A DNA stretch of 64,000 nt from a virus: positions 18,192-82,191 of the IMG/VR virus record IMGVR_UViG_3300042535_000023. One strand, given 5' to 3'. Both the position numbers and the translations under genes were made by a program. Of this stretch, positions 1 through 9,636 are shown in pieces. Each line of letters begins with the position of its first letter. Position 1 is the stretch's first letter. The notes under the pieces were generated by a model. It made no database searches. It was not told the origin of the DNA and saw only the letters and a list, made by a program, of their open reading frames with translations.

Positions 1-494
1 TTACCACCACGAATACAAACAAAATCGGTGTCGTCAGTTAAATTATTAGCCTGAATAACTATCTTCTCTCCTACAGCCTTAGTAAAACCATATAGATTGG
101 TTGGAGCTACCGCTTTGTCCGTACTAACATCAATAAACTTTTTAATCTTATGTCTAATAGCAGCATTAACCAGATTGGTGGTTCCTATTATATTAGTTTT
201 AATGGCCTCTTGGGGTTGATTCTCACACACAGGGACATGTTTTAAGGCGGCCAAATGATATACATAATCTATACCACGTTCGAATACCCTCTCTACAGCA
301 TCGGCATCTCTAACATCACCTATAATAAACTCTATTCGTTTATCTTTGAACTTACGCTCCATAACTACTTGAGCAAGTTCTCCCCTTGAAAATATAATAA
401 TTTTCTTTGGGTCTTTTTCAAGTAACTGCTTGGTTAGTTCGTTTCCCCAGCTCCCAGACCCACCACTTAAAAGGATTACCCTATTTTTAAACAT
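1..494 (-). CDS. UDP-N-acetylglucosamine 4,6-dehydratase (PseB/CapD/CapE-like SDR), 3' end outside window
   Basis: Manual translation from ATG at 494: MFKNRVILLSGGSGSWGNEL (NAD-binding GGxGxxG), GDVRD, HLAALKHVPVCE, STDKAVAPTNLYGFTK (YxxxK), VCIRGG; AGGAG SD upstream. Confidence 0.9.
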   Translation of the reverse strand, partial: MFKNRVILLSGGSGSWGNELTKQLLEKDPKKIIIFSRGELAQVVMERKFKDKRIEFIIGDVRDADAVERVFERGIDYVYHLAALKHVPVCENQPQEAIKTNIIGTTNLVNAAIRHKIKKFIDVSTDKAVAPTNLYGFTKAVGEKIVIQANNLTDDTDFVCIRGG

Positions 495-505
495 TATTAT
501 TTCTC

Positions 506-1135
506 CTAATTTAATTTCCATAGGGACATTTGTTTATTATGCCCAGCATCATAATATCTCCATACATCTTCGTCATGTACTTCTAATGGCGCGCCAAGAT
601 TAAAAGGCTCTATCTCCAAATTAATATGCTTATAACCAGCTTCGACTGCTAATTCTTGTTTAGTTAACTCCCTGTTGACTTTTAACCAATTATGCTCGGT
701 AGCTAGTAGGTATTTAGAACCACTTGCATAAAAATTCTTTAGGGCGCTTGAAACAAAAGAGTTAGGTAAATGAAAAAGACAATCCCTACATATAATTAAG
801 TCTGTTTTTGGTAGCAATTCATTAACCATATCCAACTCAACGAAAGATATATTAGGATAAGTATCTAAATTTCTTTTTATAGCCAAATCATTTATATCAT
901 ACCCTGTATAAACTACATTTGTCAAATCCACAAGGTGCATCCAATTCTCAAACAACCCACAAGGGCAATCACTGATAGATTTTATGCCATATTTTTTAAT
1001 TATACTATTTATAAACTCTATAGTTCCTGCCTGTTTAACTTGCTCAGGTTCGCTTCCAGGACCACAAGAACATCTACCATTACTCACCTCAAGATTGTAA
1101 TGATATTTAAAAGTTTCTTTATTTTTTATACCCAT
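506..1135 (-). CDS. Class I SAM-dependent methyltransferase-like protein (glycan-associated type)
   Basis: SCGPGS, ISDCPCG, YTGYDI, DLIICRDCLFHL motifs of small glycan-cluster methyltransferases. Confidence 0.7.
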   Translation of the reverse strand: MGIKNKETFKYHYNLEVSNGRCSCGPGSEPEQVKQAGTIEFINSIIKKYGIKSISDCPCGLFENWMHLVDLTNVVYTGYDINDLAIKRNLDTYPNISFVELDMVNELLPKTDLIICRDCLFHLPNSFVSSALKNFYASGSKYLLATEHNWLKVNRELTKQELAVEAGYKHINLEIEPFNLGAPLEVHDEDVWRYYDAGHNKQMSLWKLN

Positions 1136-1704
1136 TATAACACCAATTCATTTAAAATTTGCTCAATAGCATAGGTCCTTTGCTCTGCCACGCATTCATA
1201 AAAACCCTTTTTATTGATCTCTTCTAATTTCTGAATAAGGTATTTCTCCACACGATCACTAAGTGCTTGACAAGAATCAGTCATATGTTGGGACCTATCA
1301 TTAACACGGAAGTCTTCACGCTTAATAGTCTCTATAGAAAGTCTATCCATCATTTCCCCAATACTGTAGACTACATCGTCGCTGACCCAAGATATTGCTT
1401 CTGTAGGTTCTTTAACAGACTTAACCGTAGCAATATATTTATTAATATGAGCTTTAGACGCAACACGATATTCCCCTACTGACCTGGCAACCCACTCTAA
1501 ATCTGCTATTAATTTATTATCTACAGTGTCTTTTTTACGCTCAGCTATCACAAGTGCATTCGCTTTATAGCAACGAAAATTAGCGTCAGCAAGAATCTCT
1601 ACAAACTCCATAATTCTTTGGGTCTCTTCAGCTGAAAAATGGTTGTTAAAAATACTTTCTACGTGTTCAAAAAATGGTTTAAAATCTATAGTTTCTAATA
1701 TCAT
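1135..1704 (-). CDS. Helical hypothetical protein, DUF4254-like
   Basis: SIGEMMDRLSIETIK resembles the DUF4254 signature, a family usually found next to glycosyltransferases. Confidence 0.45.
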   Translation of the reverse strand: MILETIDFKPFFEHVESIFNNHFSAEETQRIMEFVEILADANFRCYKANALVIAERKKDTVDNKLIADLEWVARSVGEYRVASKAHINKYIATVKSVKEPTEAISWVSDDVVYSIGEMMDRLSIETIKREDFRVNDRSQHMTDSCQALSDRVEKYLIQKLEEINKKGFYECVAEQRTYAIEQILNELVL

Positions 1705-1706
1705 AC

Positions 1707-2274
1707 TTATCTCTCCTTTATAGCTAAAAATGCGGGACCAAATATAAATATTTCGTAGCCCCTTTCTTTATAAAAATCAGGCCAAAGACTAATCAAATGT
1801 TTTTGGTGAACATTGCCAGTTTTTTTTCATACAGGAATCATTACCACTTTCTCCTATAGGACCACCAATTATTGCGTACTTACTAAATGAATTTTCTATA
1901 AGTTCAAAAACAATATCGTGAGCCTCTTGTGTTAAATGCTCTAACATATGATGACATAAAACAACATCATACTTCTTTTCTGGCTTAAAGTCAAGTATAT
2001 TCATACATAAATACTCACCTTCAGGCCCATTATTTTTTCTCCAGTCAACATCTTTTTCAAATATATCTATACCTGTTATAGCTTTACCATTAAAAACATT
2101 AAATAAAATATCATAATTGTGAAAATTATCTATAGGCTGTCCATCAAAAGAACTACTTCCTAAATCCAAAACTGTAGTTATATTAGAAGAACTTATTTTA
2201 TCTTTTAATGTCTTTATCACTTGTTTAATTGGCCAGGTGTTATCTTTTGGTGCTTCAACTTTCTTTCTCCTCAT
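1707..2274 (-). pseudogene. SAM-dependent methyltransferase, frameshifted at an A8 tract (true lesion, phase variation or assembly error)
   Basis: VLDLGSS, GIDIF, YDVVLCHHMLEHL. The ORF stops at 1789, but removing one A from the A8 run (plus-strand T8, 1820-1827) gives ...KTGNVHQKHLISLWPDFYKERGYEIFIFGPAFLAIKER* ending at 1707, next to the following start. Confidence 0.7.
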
Positions 2275-2283
2275 AAAAATCTC

Positions 2284-3039
2284 CTATTCTTGCGCCATAT
2301 TTTTAGCATCTTCTGGTCTGCTACCACTTCTGCGCTCTACTGCCTCATGATGATATACTATAGAGGATCTACTCATGGTAAAATGGGCCCCTGCTCTACT
2401 ACAGCGACCAAAGAATCGTGCGTCAGGAGTATCCCCACCTCTGAATATCAGTTCCCAAGGACCAGCTATTTCCCAATATTTTTTTGGAATAAGATAGGGC
2501 ATAGTATTAGTGGCCTTCCATCCTCCACGCTCTTCTTCAGAAACTAATCTATCCTCAAATATCCTATCATACATTTCAAGGAACCCAACTATATTAAATT
2601 TTCCATATTCAGGTATACCAAAATCGGCAGTATCAATATTTGGTCCTCTAATGGGGGAGATGTGTGCGGAATTAACTATATCATTTTCATTAGCGTACTT
2701 TACAAGATTCAATAACCAATCCTTACCGAAATACATATCAGTATTAACTAAACCACAGTAATTATTTAGTTTAAACCCATAATCAAAACCACAATTCATC
2801 ATGCCCCTTAGATTAGGCACGTAAGGAACAGCGTGATTTGTTTTATACTCAACGATATGTACATTACTATGCTTAGTCTTTAAATCAATTAAATAATCAG
2901 AAACCTCTTTTGTTGGTCCCCAAGTTACAACAATATAGTCAAAATTATCATAACCAGAATTAATAAGAATAGCATCTGTCGAAAAACGTAACATCTCAAA
3001 TGCTGTTGAAACACAATTAAAAATAGACACTCTTTCCAT
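2284..3039 (-). CDS. GT-A fold (GT2-like) glycosyltransferase
   Basis: FDYIVV, MMNCGF, GLVNTDMYF (DXD-like), WEIAGPW, PDARF, VYHH. Confidence 0.75.
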   Translation of the reverse strand: MERVSIFNCVSTAFEMLRFSTDAILINSGYDNFDYIVVTWGPTKEVSDYLIDLKTKHSNVHIVEYKTNHAVPYVPNLRGMMNCGFDYGFKLNNYCGLVNTDMYFGKDWLLNLVKYANENDIVNSAHISPIRGPNIDTADFGIPEYGKFNIVGFLEMYDRIFEDRLVSEEERGGWKATNTMPYLIPKKYWEIAGPWELIFRGGDTPDARFFGRCSRAGAHFTMSRSSIVYHHEAVERRSGSRPEDAKNMAQE

Positions 3040-3050
3040 AATTAGCTCCT

Positions 3051-3668
3051 TTAATACATATTTTTAAATAAATCTTGTTGAGGGTTAATAAAAGTAGTGA
3101 TTTCTTTTATTTTTTGGGCTACAGCCCACATAACTATGCTAGGCTGAGTAGGACTAAAAACTGAAGGTATTGATACTTCTTCTCCTGAAAGTCCGCTAAC
3201 TTTAAAGTATAACACTTCAAAACCATTACTACTAAGGGCGACTTTAATTACCTCAGGACTAAAGGCGTAAAAACCATGCTGATATAGACCATTAGCTACG
3301 GTATGCAACATATAAAAACCGCCTAGTTTTATCATACTAAAACTTGTTGCTAAAACCTGTTTAACATCGAACACGTGTTCTATTGTACCTATATCAATAA
3401 CTGCATGATATTTATTAACATGCTCTATAGGTGCTGGATTATTAAGATCAAAATTATAATTAGCAGACTTATCGAATAAATCTAGAGTATAAGCCTCTAT
3501 CTCTTTCTTCTTTCTAAACCAATCAGCAAAATCATATACCCCTTTATACCTATCTGGCATTTTTTGTTCGGCTACATTTTTATGAACACCATATATTAAT
3601 ACAGGGCCCTCAGTAATGTAATTAAACATCTCATCGTAATACTTAAAATAGTCTGGGCTCATTGTCAT
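3051..3668 (-). CDS. Methyltransferase-like protein
   Basis: YTLDL...FDLNNP...VIDIGTIEHVFD...KLGG...HGFY, typical of class I MTase-like proteins in glycan loci. Confidence 0.65.
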   Translation of the reverse strand: MTMSPDYFKYYDEMFNYITEGPVLIYGVHKNVAEQKMPDRYKGVYDFADWFRKKKEIEAYTLDLFDKSANYNFDLNNPAPIEHVNKYHAVIDIGTIEHVFDVKQVLATSFSMIKLGGFYMLHTVANGLYQHGFYAFSPEVIKVALSSNGFEVLYFKVSGLSGEEVSIPSVFSPTQPSIVMWAVAQKIKEITTFINPQQDLFKNMY

Positions 3669-3671
3669 TTT

Positions 3672-4340
3672 TTATATACCATAACCTAAAATTTTAATAT
3701 AATTTTCTAACTCTGGGGTAAGTACTTCTTTAACTCTTTCAATATGTTCTTCTTTTTTCCAATTATTTATAGAGTTTTTATCTATAGGTCTAGGTGAATT
3801 TAACGACTGATTTTTTTTCAATTTTGCTTGAGGTAAATTATAAAAATTATTAAAAGTGTCGTTAAAAGGGCAGCCTATAAAATCAGAAACTCTACTTAAT
3901 TCCGCTCTAGGATCTTCTACTAAATTCTCATATCTAACAAATATTACATTAGTATTATCTAAGTTATCAACATAGCATTGACTACCAGTAATGATTCTTT
4001 CAGGCTCCACCCAGTAAATACTTGGATTAAATTTGTGCCTCGATACTAAAACATCTAAAGGATGCCTTACCATAAATATAATTTTATACCCGTATTGTTC
4101 TGTTAGAAGTCTACAAGTGTACTCTGGTGTAAATATGTCTGAATAGCCTATAGGTTGCTTTATAACAAAATATTTATAAGTATTCGGGACAACAACCCTA
4201 CCAGGCCTTTCTAAAGGGTGGCGCTCCTCTTTAGAAAAAACAAAACAATCGTCAAAATAAGTCATAAGTAAACACATCATAGTTGTGCCTGCCCTAGGAA
4301 ACCCACTTATAAATACACCAGGTTTTCTAACTCTACCCAT
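3672..4340 (-). CDS. PAPS-dependent sulfotransferase
   Basis: 5'-PSB loop SGFPRAGTT, 3'-PB MVRHPLDVLVS, VRYENLVEDP...VSDFIG, C-terminal SINNWK. Confidence 0.85.
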   Translation of the reverse strand: MGRVRKPGVFISGFPRAGTTMMCLLMTYFDDCFVFSKEERHPLERPGRVVVPNTYKYFVIKQPIGYSDIFTPEYTCRLLTEQYGYKIIFMVRHPLDVLVSRHKFNPSIYWVEPERIITGSQCYVDNLDNTNVIFVRYENLVEDPRAELSRVSDFIGCPFNDTFNNFYNLPQAKLKKNQSLNSPRPIDKNSINNWKKEEHIERVKEVLTPELENYIKILGYGI

Positions 4341-4344
4341 TAAA

Positions 4345-4872
4345 CTAGGCCCCCACCCACTCGTAACAACCTATAGCTACTAAACCATTATCATTAACAC
4401 TTACATTTAACAGAGTAAATCCAAGTTCGTATCTAATTTCTTTATCGCTCCAATGGTAATGATGTGTCTCAAATGGATTACCTATAGCATTACCGTCTTG
4501 AATACAAACAGTTACAGGTATAGTTAAGTATATTCTACTCACATTGGTTTTCAGTTTATTTAAAAATTCTAAGGCGTCTTCTCTGGATAAATGTTCCAAT
4601 ACATCACCTAGAACCGCAACTGTATATTTTTTATTAAATTCAAATTGCCTCAAGTCTATGTTATATAATTCATTATAAAATTGAGGTAAATTATACTTAA
4701 TTATATAAGGTTTCCAAGCCTCTATACCTTCTATCCAAGATACCCTACCTTTAAGTAATTTTCCCCATTTGCCCTCACCAATGCCTATATCTAAAACAAC
4801 GTTGTTTGGATTAGAAATAATCTTTCTAACTATGATATTGGTACCTAAATCTGATTGCTGTGATTGTGGCAT
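4345..4872 (-). CDS. Class I SAM-dependent methyltransferase
   Basis: VLDIGIGEGKWG, GIEAW, LGDVLEHL, GNPFETH. Confidence 0.8.
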   Translation of the reverse strand: MPQSQQSDLGTNIIVRKIISNPNNVVLDIGIGEGKWGKLLKGRVSWIEGIEAWKPYIIKYNLPQFYNELYNIDLRQFEFNKKYTVAVLGDVLEHLSREDALEFLNKLKTNVSRIYLTIPVTVCIQDGNAIGNPFETHHYHWSDKEIRYELGFTLLNVSVNDNGLVAIGCYEWVGA

Positions 4873-5711
4873 AAAACCTCCCTCATTTTAATAGTGATAG
4901 TATTATCGAATATATGTACATTTTCTTCATTAAGCATATTATTAAACTTCTGTGTCAATGGCGCTCCACCGTACCAATGTATTCCTGCTGAATCTTTATG
5001 TAATTTATCAGCATGATTTCCTATATATAACATATTTATTCCAATTTGCCAAGGAAAATTTATCAATGGAAAAACTATAGCGTCATGGAGCTTTGCTACA
5101 ACTAGATCTTTAAAATTATCTTTAACCTCAGATATATTTTTTTCCTCTATACTCATAGTACCAAAACATTCATATACCTTAGGATCATAGTTTGTGAGCG
5201 CTTTATTATAAACTTTAGTGAAAAATGCGTTGGCTCCCGCACTATACATAAAGGATACTGGAATGTAATCTTTCTTTGGGTAACCGTCAAAACAAATTAA
5301 CCCTACATCAGCGCCTTCAAAAACAGACTCGTCTATAGACTTTGTAAATAAAATATCCATATCAGCTACTATACCACCACAGGTACTTAGAAGCTTCCAA
5401 TTTAATAAATCCTTTATATGAACGTCGGACATAGAATTAACTATATCTCTTGGTAGATCTAACATGTTGGGGTTAAACTCTATAATAGTTATAGGAAGTT
5501 TCTGTACCATCTCAGAATAATCTGGACCACTATACTCTGTCTTATCTTGTTTCTCTACTATTACTTCATCTTGTACTCTATCTGATTGTAGGCAGTTCTT
5601 TATTAAATATACTCCCCACCCTTTATTTAGCGCGCAAAAAGAAAAAAGGGTCATGTAGCGCATATAAGACATAGTCTCATTACCCCAATAAAAATAAATA
5701 TCTTTTTTCAT
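4845..5711 (-). CDS. DXD glycosyltransferase (GT32/capsular polysaccharide synthesis-like)
   Basis: IYFYWG, DLLNWKLL..GGIVADMDILF, GIHWYGG. Confidence 0.75.
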   Translation of the reverse strand: MKKDIYFYWGNETMSYMRYMTLFSFCALNKGWGVYLIKNCLQSDRVQDEVIVEKQDKTEYSGPDYSEMVQKLPITIIEFNPNMLDLPRDIVNSMSDVHIKDLLNWKLLSTCGGIVADMDILFTKSIDESVFEGADVGLICFDGYPKKDYIPVSFMYSAGANAFFTKVYNKALTNYDPKVYECFGTMSIEEKNISEVKDNFKDLVVAKLHDAIVFPLINFPWQIGINMLYIGNHADKLHKDSAGIHWYGGAPLTQKFNNMLNEENVHIFDNTITIKMREVLCHNHSNQI

Positions 5712-5712
5712 A

Positions 5713-6783
5713 TTACTTCCCTAATAAAATATTAATAACTATATCAGATACATTTTCCACCAAATAATCTGCTGGAGGTATCCATTTATTATCCCTCTTC
5801 TGAATAAGATTAAATGATTCTAACATATTTTCATACTTTGTACCAGTTAAAATTGATGAGCCACACTCAATTAGTTCTTGTCTCTCTGTTGATTCACGAA
5901 TTATTAATGAAGGGATACCAAATAAACAGGAGATTTCTGGATTAGAGCCTGAATCACTTACTAATAAATCAGCCGTTTTACTTAATTTATTAAACTCAAA
6001 AAACCCTAGTGAACTACTCACTATAACATTTTTTGGATGGAATATCAAATCATATTTTGACATTTTATCTTTTGTTCTTGGATGTAGCGACACCACTACT
6101 TTATATTGCTCTGACATCTTGTTTACTAACCTAACAATATTAGTTAAACTTTCTCTATTATCCACATTTTCCGCGCGGTGAAAAGTTACTAATACAAATG
6201 GAACAGCATTTAGTCCTAAATCATTAACAACATTACTTGAGTCTATTTCATCTTTCCAATAGTTTAATACCTCATAAATAGGATTACCGGTTTTAAATAT
6301 ATAATTCTTACAGTAACCTTCATTTATAAGGTTTTGTTTACTATTCTCTGTGTAAGGAAGATTGTAGGTAGATAACATATCGATAATTTTACGATTAGTT
6401 TCTTCAGGAACTCTAGGATCAAAAGCGCGACTCCCAGCCTCCATATGGATTATTGGTATTTTATATCTATTAGCAACTAAAGCCAACAATCCTGAGTTGG
6501 TGTCCCCCAAAATCAATATTTTATCGGGTTTTTCTTTTAGAAGTATACGTTCAAAATCAAATATAGCTGCACCTAAAAATTCTCCAAAAGAACCACACGG
6601 TCCAGGCAAAGTATAGTCTGGTTCTCGTATTTTTAAATCTTTAAAAAACCTACCACTTAAATCGTAATCAAAATTTTGGTTGGTATATAGCAGGAAGTGC
6701 TGTACTAATTCATCTAACTTTTTAATTATCAAATGTAGGCGAATCAGCTCCGGGCGGGTTCCAACGACGGTTAAAATCTTCAT
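5713..6783 (-). CDS. wecB: Non-hydrolysing UDP-HexNAc 2-epimerase (WecB family, CapG/WbjD-like)
   Basis: VVGTRPELIRL, LGDTNS, HMEAGSR, PEETNR, TGNPI, TFHRAEN, HPRT, SDSG, RESTERQE. Confidence 0.92.
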   Translation of the reverse strand: MKILTVVGTRPELIRLHLIIKKLDELVQHFLLYTNQNFDYDLSGRFFKDLKIREPDYTLPGPCGSFGEFLGAAIFDFERILLKEKPDKILILGDTNSGLLALVANRYKIPIIHMEAGSRAFDPRVPEETNRKIIDMLSTYNLPYTENSKQNLINEGYCKNYIFKTGNPIYEVLNYWKDEIDSSNVVNDLGLNAVPFVLVTFHRAENVDNRESLTNIVRLVNKMSEQYKVVVSLHPRTKDKMSKYDLIFHPKNVIVSSSLGFFEFNKLSKTADLLVSDSGSNPEISCLFGIPSLIIRESTERQELIECGSSILTGTKYENMLESFNLIQKRDNKWIPPADYLVENVSDIVINILLGK

Positions 6784-6785
6784 TT

Positions 6786-7610
6786 TTAACTCCTTATAAG
6801 TCTATTAGTGATCACTTTATAATCTGGAGATGCCGACTTAATTTCATATAAACTCTTATTTAACTGCTCTTTGGCTCTAAGATTAGGAATTTGTTCTAAG
6901 GACGAGGTGTGATATTGATGCAAACAAAACGGTGACGCAACCATCTCTATATCCATATTCTTTTTAACTATACGCATAGCAAAATCAGTATCATCGTAAG
7001 CAAAACCGTTAGCATACTCCTCATCGAAACCACCCAAATCATATAGGTCCTCTTTAGTTATAGCTGTAAGGAAATTAAAAAAGCATTTTCTATATTCTGG
7101 ATGAGAAAACCAGGACTCAAATCTACTACCTTCATCGCAACTACGAGGTAAAAAGCCACCTAAAGCGCTGCTCACGTTTGTTACTAACTCTTCTATTGAA
7201 GTATTTAGATTGATTTGTCGAAGTTTGTTGGTCGAAGCTTGTCCAAGCGAGTAGCACGCAAAAACCAGATACTTATTAAGAGTTAGTTTATCATTTACAT
7301 AACTAAGTACGTCACCCATATTAACACACTCCGGGTTTTGTATAATTATATAATCACCTTTGGCCTGGCTAAAACCAATATTAAAAGGTACACAAGGATT
7401 AGTCCAAGTTTTTTCTTTAGGATTTATTCTTATCAATTTGATAAAGGGATATAGTGACGCAAAATCTTCTATCCGATGCTCATCATCACTGGCATCATCC
7501 ACTAGCACATACTCAAAGTCTTTGAAATTAGAAGCTTTTATAGACATGATGGAACGCCACAGCAAGTCTTTCCTATTATAATAGGCTGATACTATAGATA
7601 TTTTAGGCAT
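6786..7610 (-). CDS. GT2 family glycosyltransferase
   Basis: KISIVSAYYNR, EYVLVDDAS, FNIGFSQAKG, LGGFDEEY...YDDTDF, LHQYH. Confidence 0.88.
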   Translation of the reverse strand: MPKISIVSAYYNRKDLLWRSIMSIKASNFKDFEYVLVDDASDDEHRIEDFASLYPFIKLIRINPKEKTWTNPCVPFNIGFSQAKGDYIIIQNPECVNMGDVLSYVNDKLTLNKYLVFACYSLGQASTNKLRQINLNTSIEELVTNVSSALGGFLPRSCDEGSRFESWFSHPEYRKCFFNFLTAITKEDLYDLGGFDEEYANGFAYDDTDFAMRIVKKNMDIEMVASPFCLHQYHTSSLEQIPNLRAKEQLNKSLYEIKSASPDYKVITNRLIRS

Positions 7611-7619
7611 ATAATTCCT

Positions 7620-8498
7620 TTATTCTAATACCAAAGTTCCATCCCAGGCATCGATCTCTGGAATAAATTCTGTGTAGTCAGTGTATGTACCATCTAACGC
7701 AGATAAAAGTTCAGCGTTAAACATATTCTCTTCTAAAAATTTAATCCTATCTTCAAAGGTAGATAAATTTTCAGGGAATTTACCGCCGTGCCTATTGAAG
7801 CCAAAAAATCCTATATGTAATAGTCTATTACACACAGAGGAGTAACCCCTTACCCCATTTTTATATGAAGTATAATCAACCAAACGATTCATCAGCCCGT
7901 CCCAATCAAGATGAGTAAAAGCACCTCTCTCTTTATTATATTTAGCATTGGGATTATTACTGTTCATTAAATTAATTTTATGAATAGTAGCCGTCCAATT
8001 TTTATAATAATCAACAGTAGCGTGTTCTAACATGTAATTATTAAAAAAGTTTTTATTTATCATTACTCCTGGGCCATTTGAATAATCGGTAGTTCTAAGT
8101 ATAGAAGGGCTTCCCGTATTATTGTAACCCCAACTTGTTATTACAGAGTAATTACCATTAGTTAATTTATGAGCTTTATTTACAAATTCAAAATAAGTTT
8201 TATGTAAAATAAGGTCGTCTTCCATATTTATAACGTACTCTATATCCTGACTAAAGGCCTGCTTTAAAGCTTCCATAATATTAGCACATACCCCATATCT
8301 AACTTTACGTTGCATTACTATCTTTTTAAAAGGATAGGCATCCACTATTTCAAGACATTTTGGATCTGCTCCTCCCTCAATTGCAAATAACGTTGTATAG
8401 TCGTCATCAGGAAAATACTCCCTTGCTATAGTCTCATATTTAATTGAAAGTTGCAACATCTCAGGTCTATTAAACAAAGGCCTTAAAATTATATTCAT
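7620..8498 (-). CDS. Putative GT-A fold glycosyltransferase
   Basis: LFNRPEML, GVCANI, VINMEDDLIL (DXD-like), DWDG, LLHIG. Confidence 0.65.
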   Translation of the reverse strand: MNIILRPLFNRPEMLQLSIKYETIAREYFPDDDYTTLFAIEGGADPKCLEIVDAYPFKKIVMQRKVRYGVCANIMEALKQAFSQDIEYVINMEDDLILHKTYFEFVNKAHKLTNGNYSVITSWGYNNTGSPSILRTTDYSNGPGVMINKNFFNNYMLEHATVDYYKNWTATIHKINLMNSNNPNAKYNKERGAFTHLDWDGLMNRLVDYTSYKNGVRGYSSVCNRLLHIGFFGFNRHGGKFPENLSTFEDRIKFLEENMFNAELLSALDGTYTDYTEFIPEIDAWDGTLVLE

Positions 8499-8507
8499 TC
8501 TGTCTCC

Positions 8508-9626
8508 TTATAATACTTCTTCTATCTCAGAAATTAATCTTTTGCCTATGGCTTCGTAAGAGAAATTTTCTCTAATATATGATTGGAGTTTTAATCCTTT
8601 TTCTTTTGCCTGGGCTTGATTTTCAAATACTTCTCTCATAAGTCTGGAGGCATGCTCCTGATCAGCATTGGCCCACATTTGATCTCCACGGTGCCAAGGA
8701 CTGTAGGGCATACCAAAAGCAAACTCTTTAGTAAAATCAACAAGGTAGGAATTATCTGGTTTTGCATACTCTGTGCTACCGCCCCAACCTGTTAAAATAA
8801 TAGGTTTGCCAAAAGATCCAGCTGTCAGAGGACCGATACCAACCCCCTCACCTTTATCAAGGGATATATAACAATCAAATCTTGAATGTAATGCTTTTAC
8901 TTGGTTATCAGATAGCATGTCCAATATTAAGTATATTGGTGGATAATAATCTAAAGGAGAAAAATTCTTCATTCTTTTTATAGTGTCTCTAATTACATTC
9001 TTCTCTACATCACTAAAATCATTTCTATATGTCTTAAGGACTAGGGCTACATTATCTTCTTTTTTAAATGTTGCCCAATAAGTTTTAAGAAGACCGCCAG
9101 GATTCTTTTTTTCAACCCACTGAAAGATGTCTCCAAAAACAAAAGTATCATCTGATAACCCTGATATTTTATAGTTATCTATATTTTTAGGAACATCATC
9201 AGCGCAATGTGAACAAACTCCTACTGGTATTGTCACACCACTATCTTCAAATACTTTCTTTCCCCACTCTGATCCAGTGATAACTTTGTCCAACGTATTA
9301 ATAAAACCTGGCCAAGTTGGGAATAAGCGGTCATTCTCCCACACTGTAAAAGCAATAGTTTTTTCAGTCTTTTTTTGATAGATAGGAAAATGTTCTGGGG
9401 TAAGTTGAATAAAATGGGCATCATAATCATCAAATCTGTTAACTAAACTCCTAAGCAACTCCCCATCTTCCCCTATACTAGGTTTATTCTTTTCAAATGA
9501 AATTGGATTTAATGTTAATTCTACTCCCATTTTATGCATAGCTAACGCATTTTGACGCGAGGCTTTTCCGTAGCCACTTGGGTCAAAAAAAGGAGCAGTA
9601 AATTTTAATCTTTTAAGCTTTCCCAT
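8508..9626 (-). CDS. GT4 (GT-B) glycosyltransferase
   Basis: SGYGKASR, TVWE, WVEKKN, DCYISLDKGEGVGIG...GKPIILTGWGG. Confidence 0.85.
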   Translation of the reverse strand: MGKLKRLKFTAPFFDPSGYGKASRQNALAMHKMGVELTLNPISFEKNKPSIGEDGELLRSLVNRFDDYDAHFIQLTPEHFPIYQKKTEKTIAFTVWENDRLFPTWPGFINTLDKVITGSEWGKKVFEDSGVTIPVGVCSHCADDVPKNIDNYKISGLSDDTFVFGDIFQWVEKKNPGGLLKTYWATFKKEDNVALVLKTYRNDFSDVEKNVIRDTIKRMKNFSPLDYYPPIYLILDMLSDNQVKALHSRFDCYISLDKGEGVGIGPLTAGSFGKPIILTGWGGSTEYAKPDNSYLVDFTKEFAFGMPYSPWHRGDQMWANADQEHASRLMREVFENQAQAKEKGLKLQSYIRENFSYEAIGKRLISEIEEVL

Positions 9627-9636
9627 CTATAACTCC

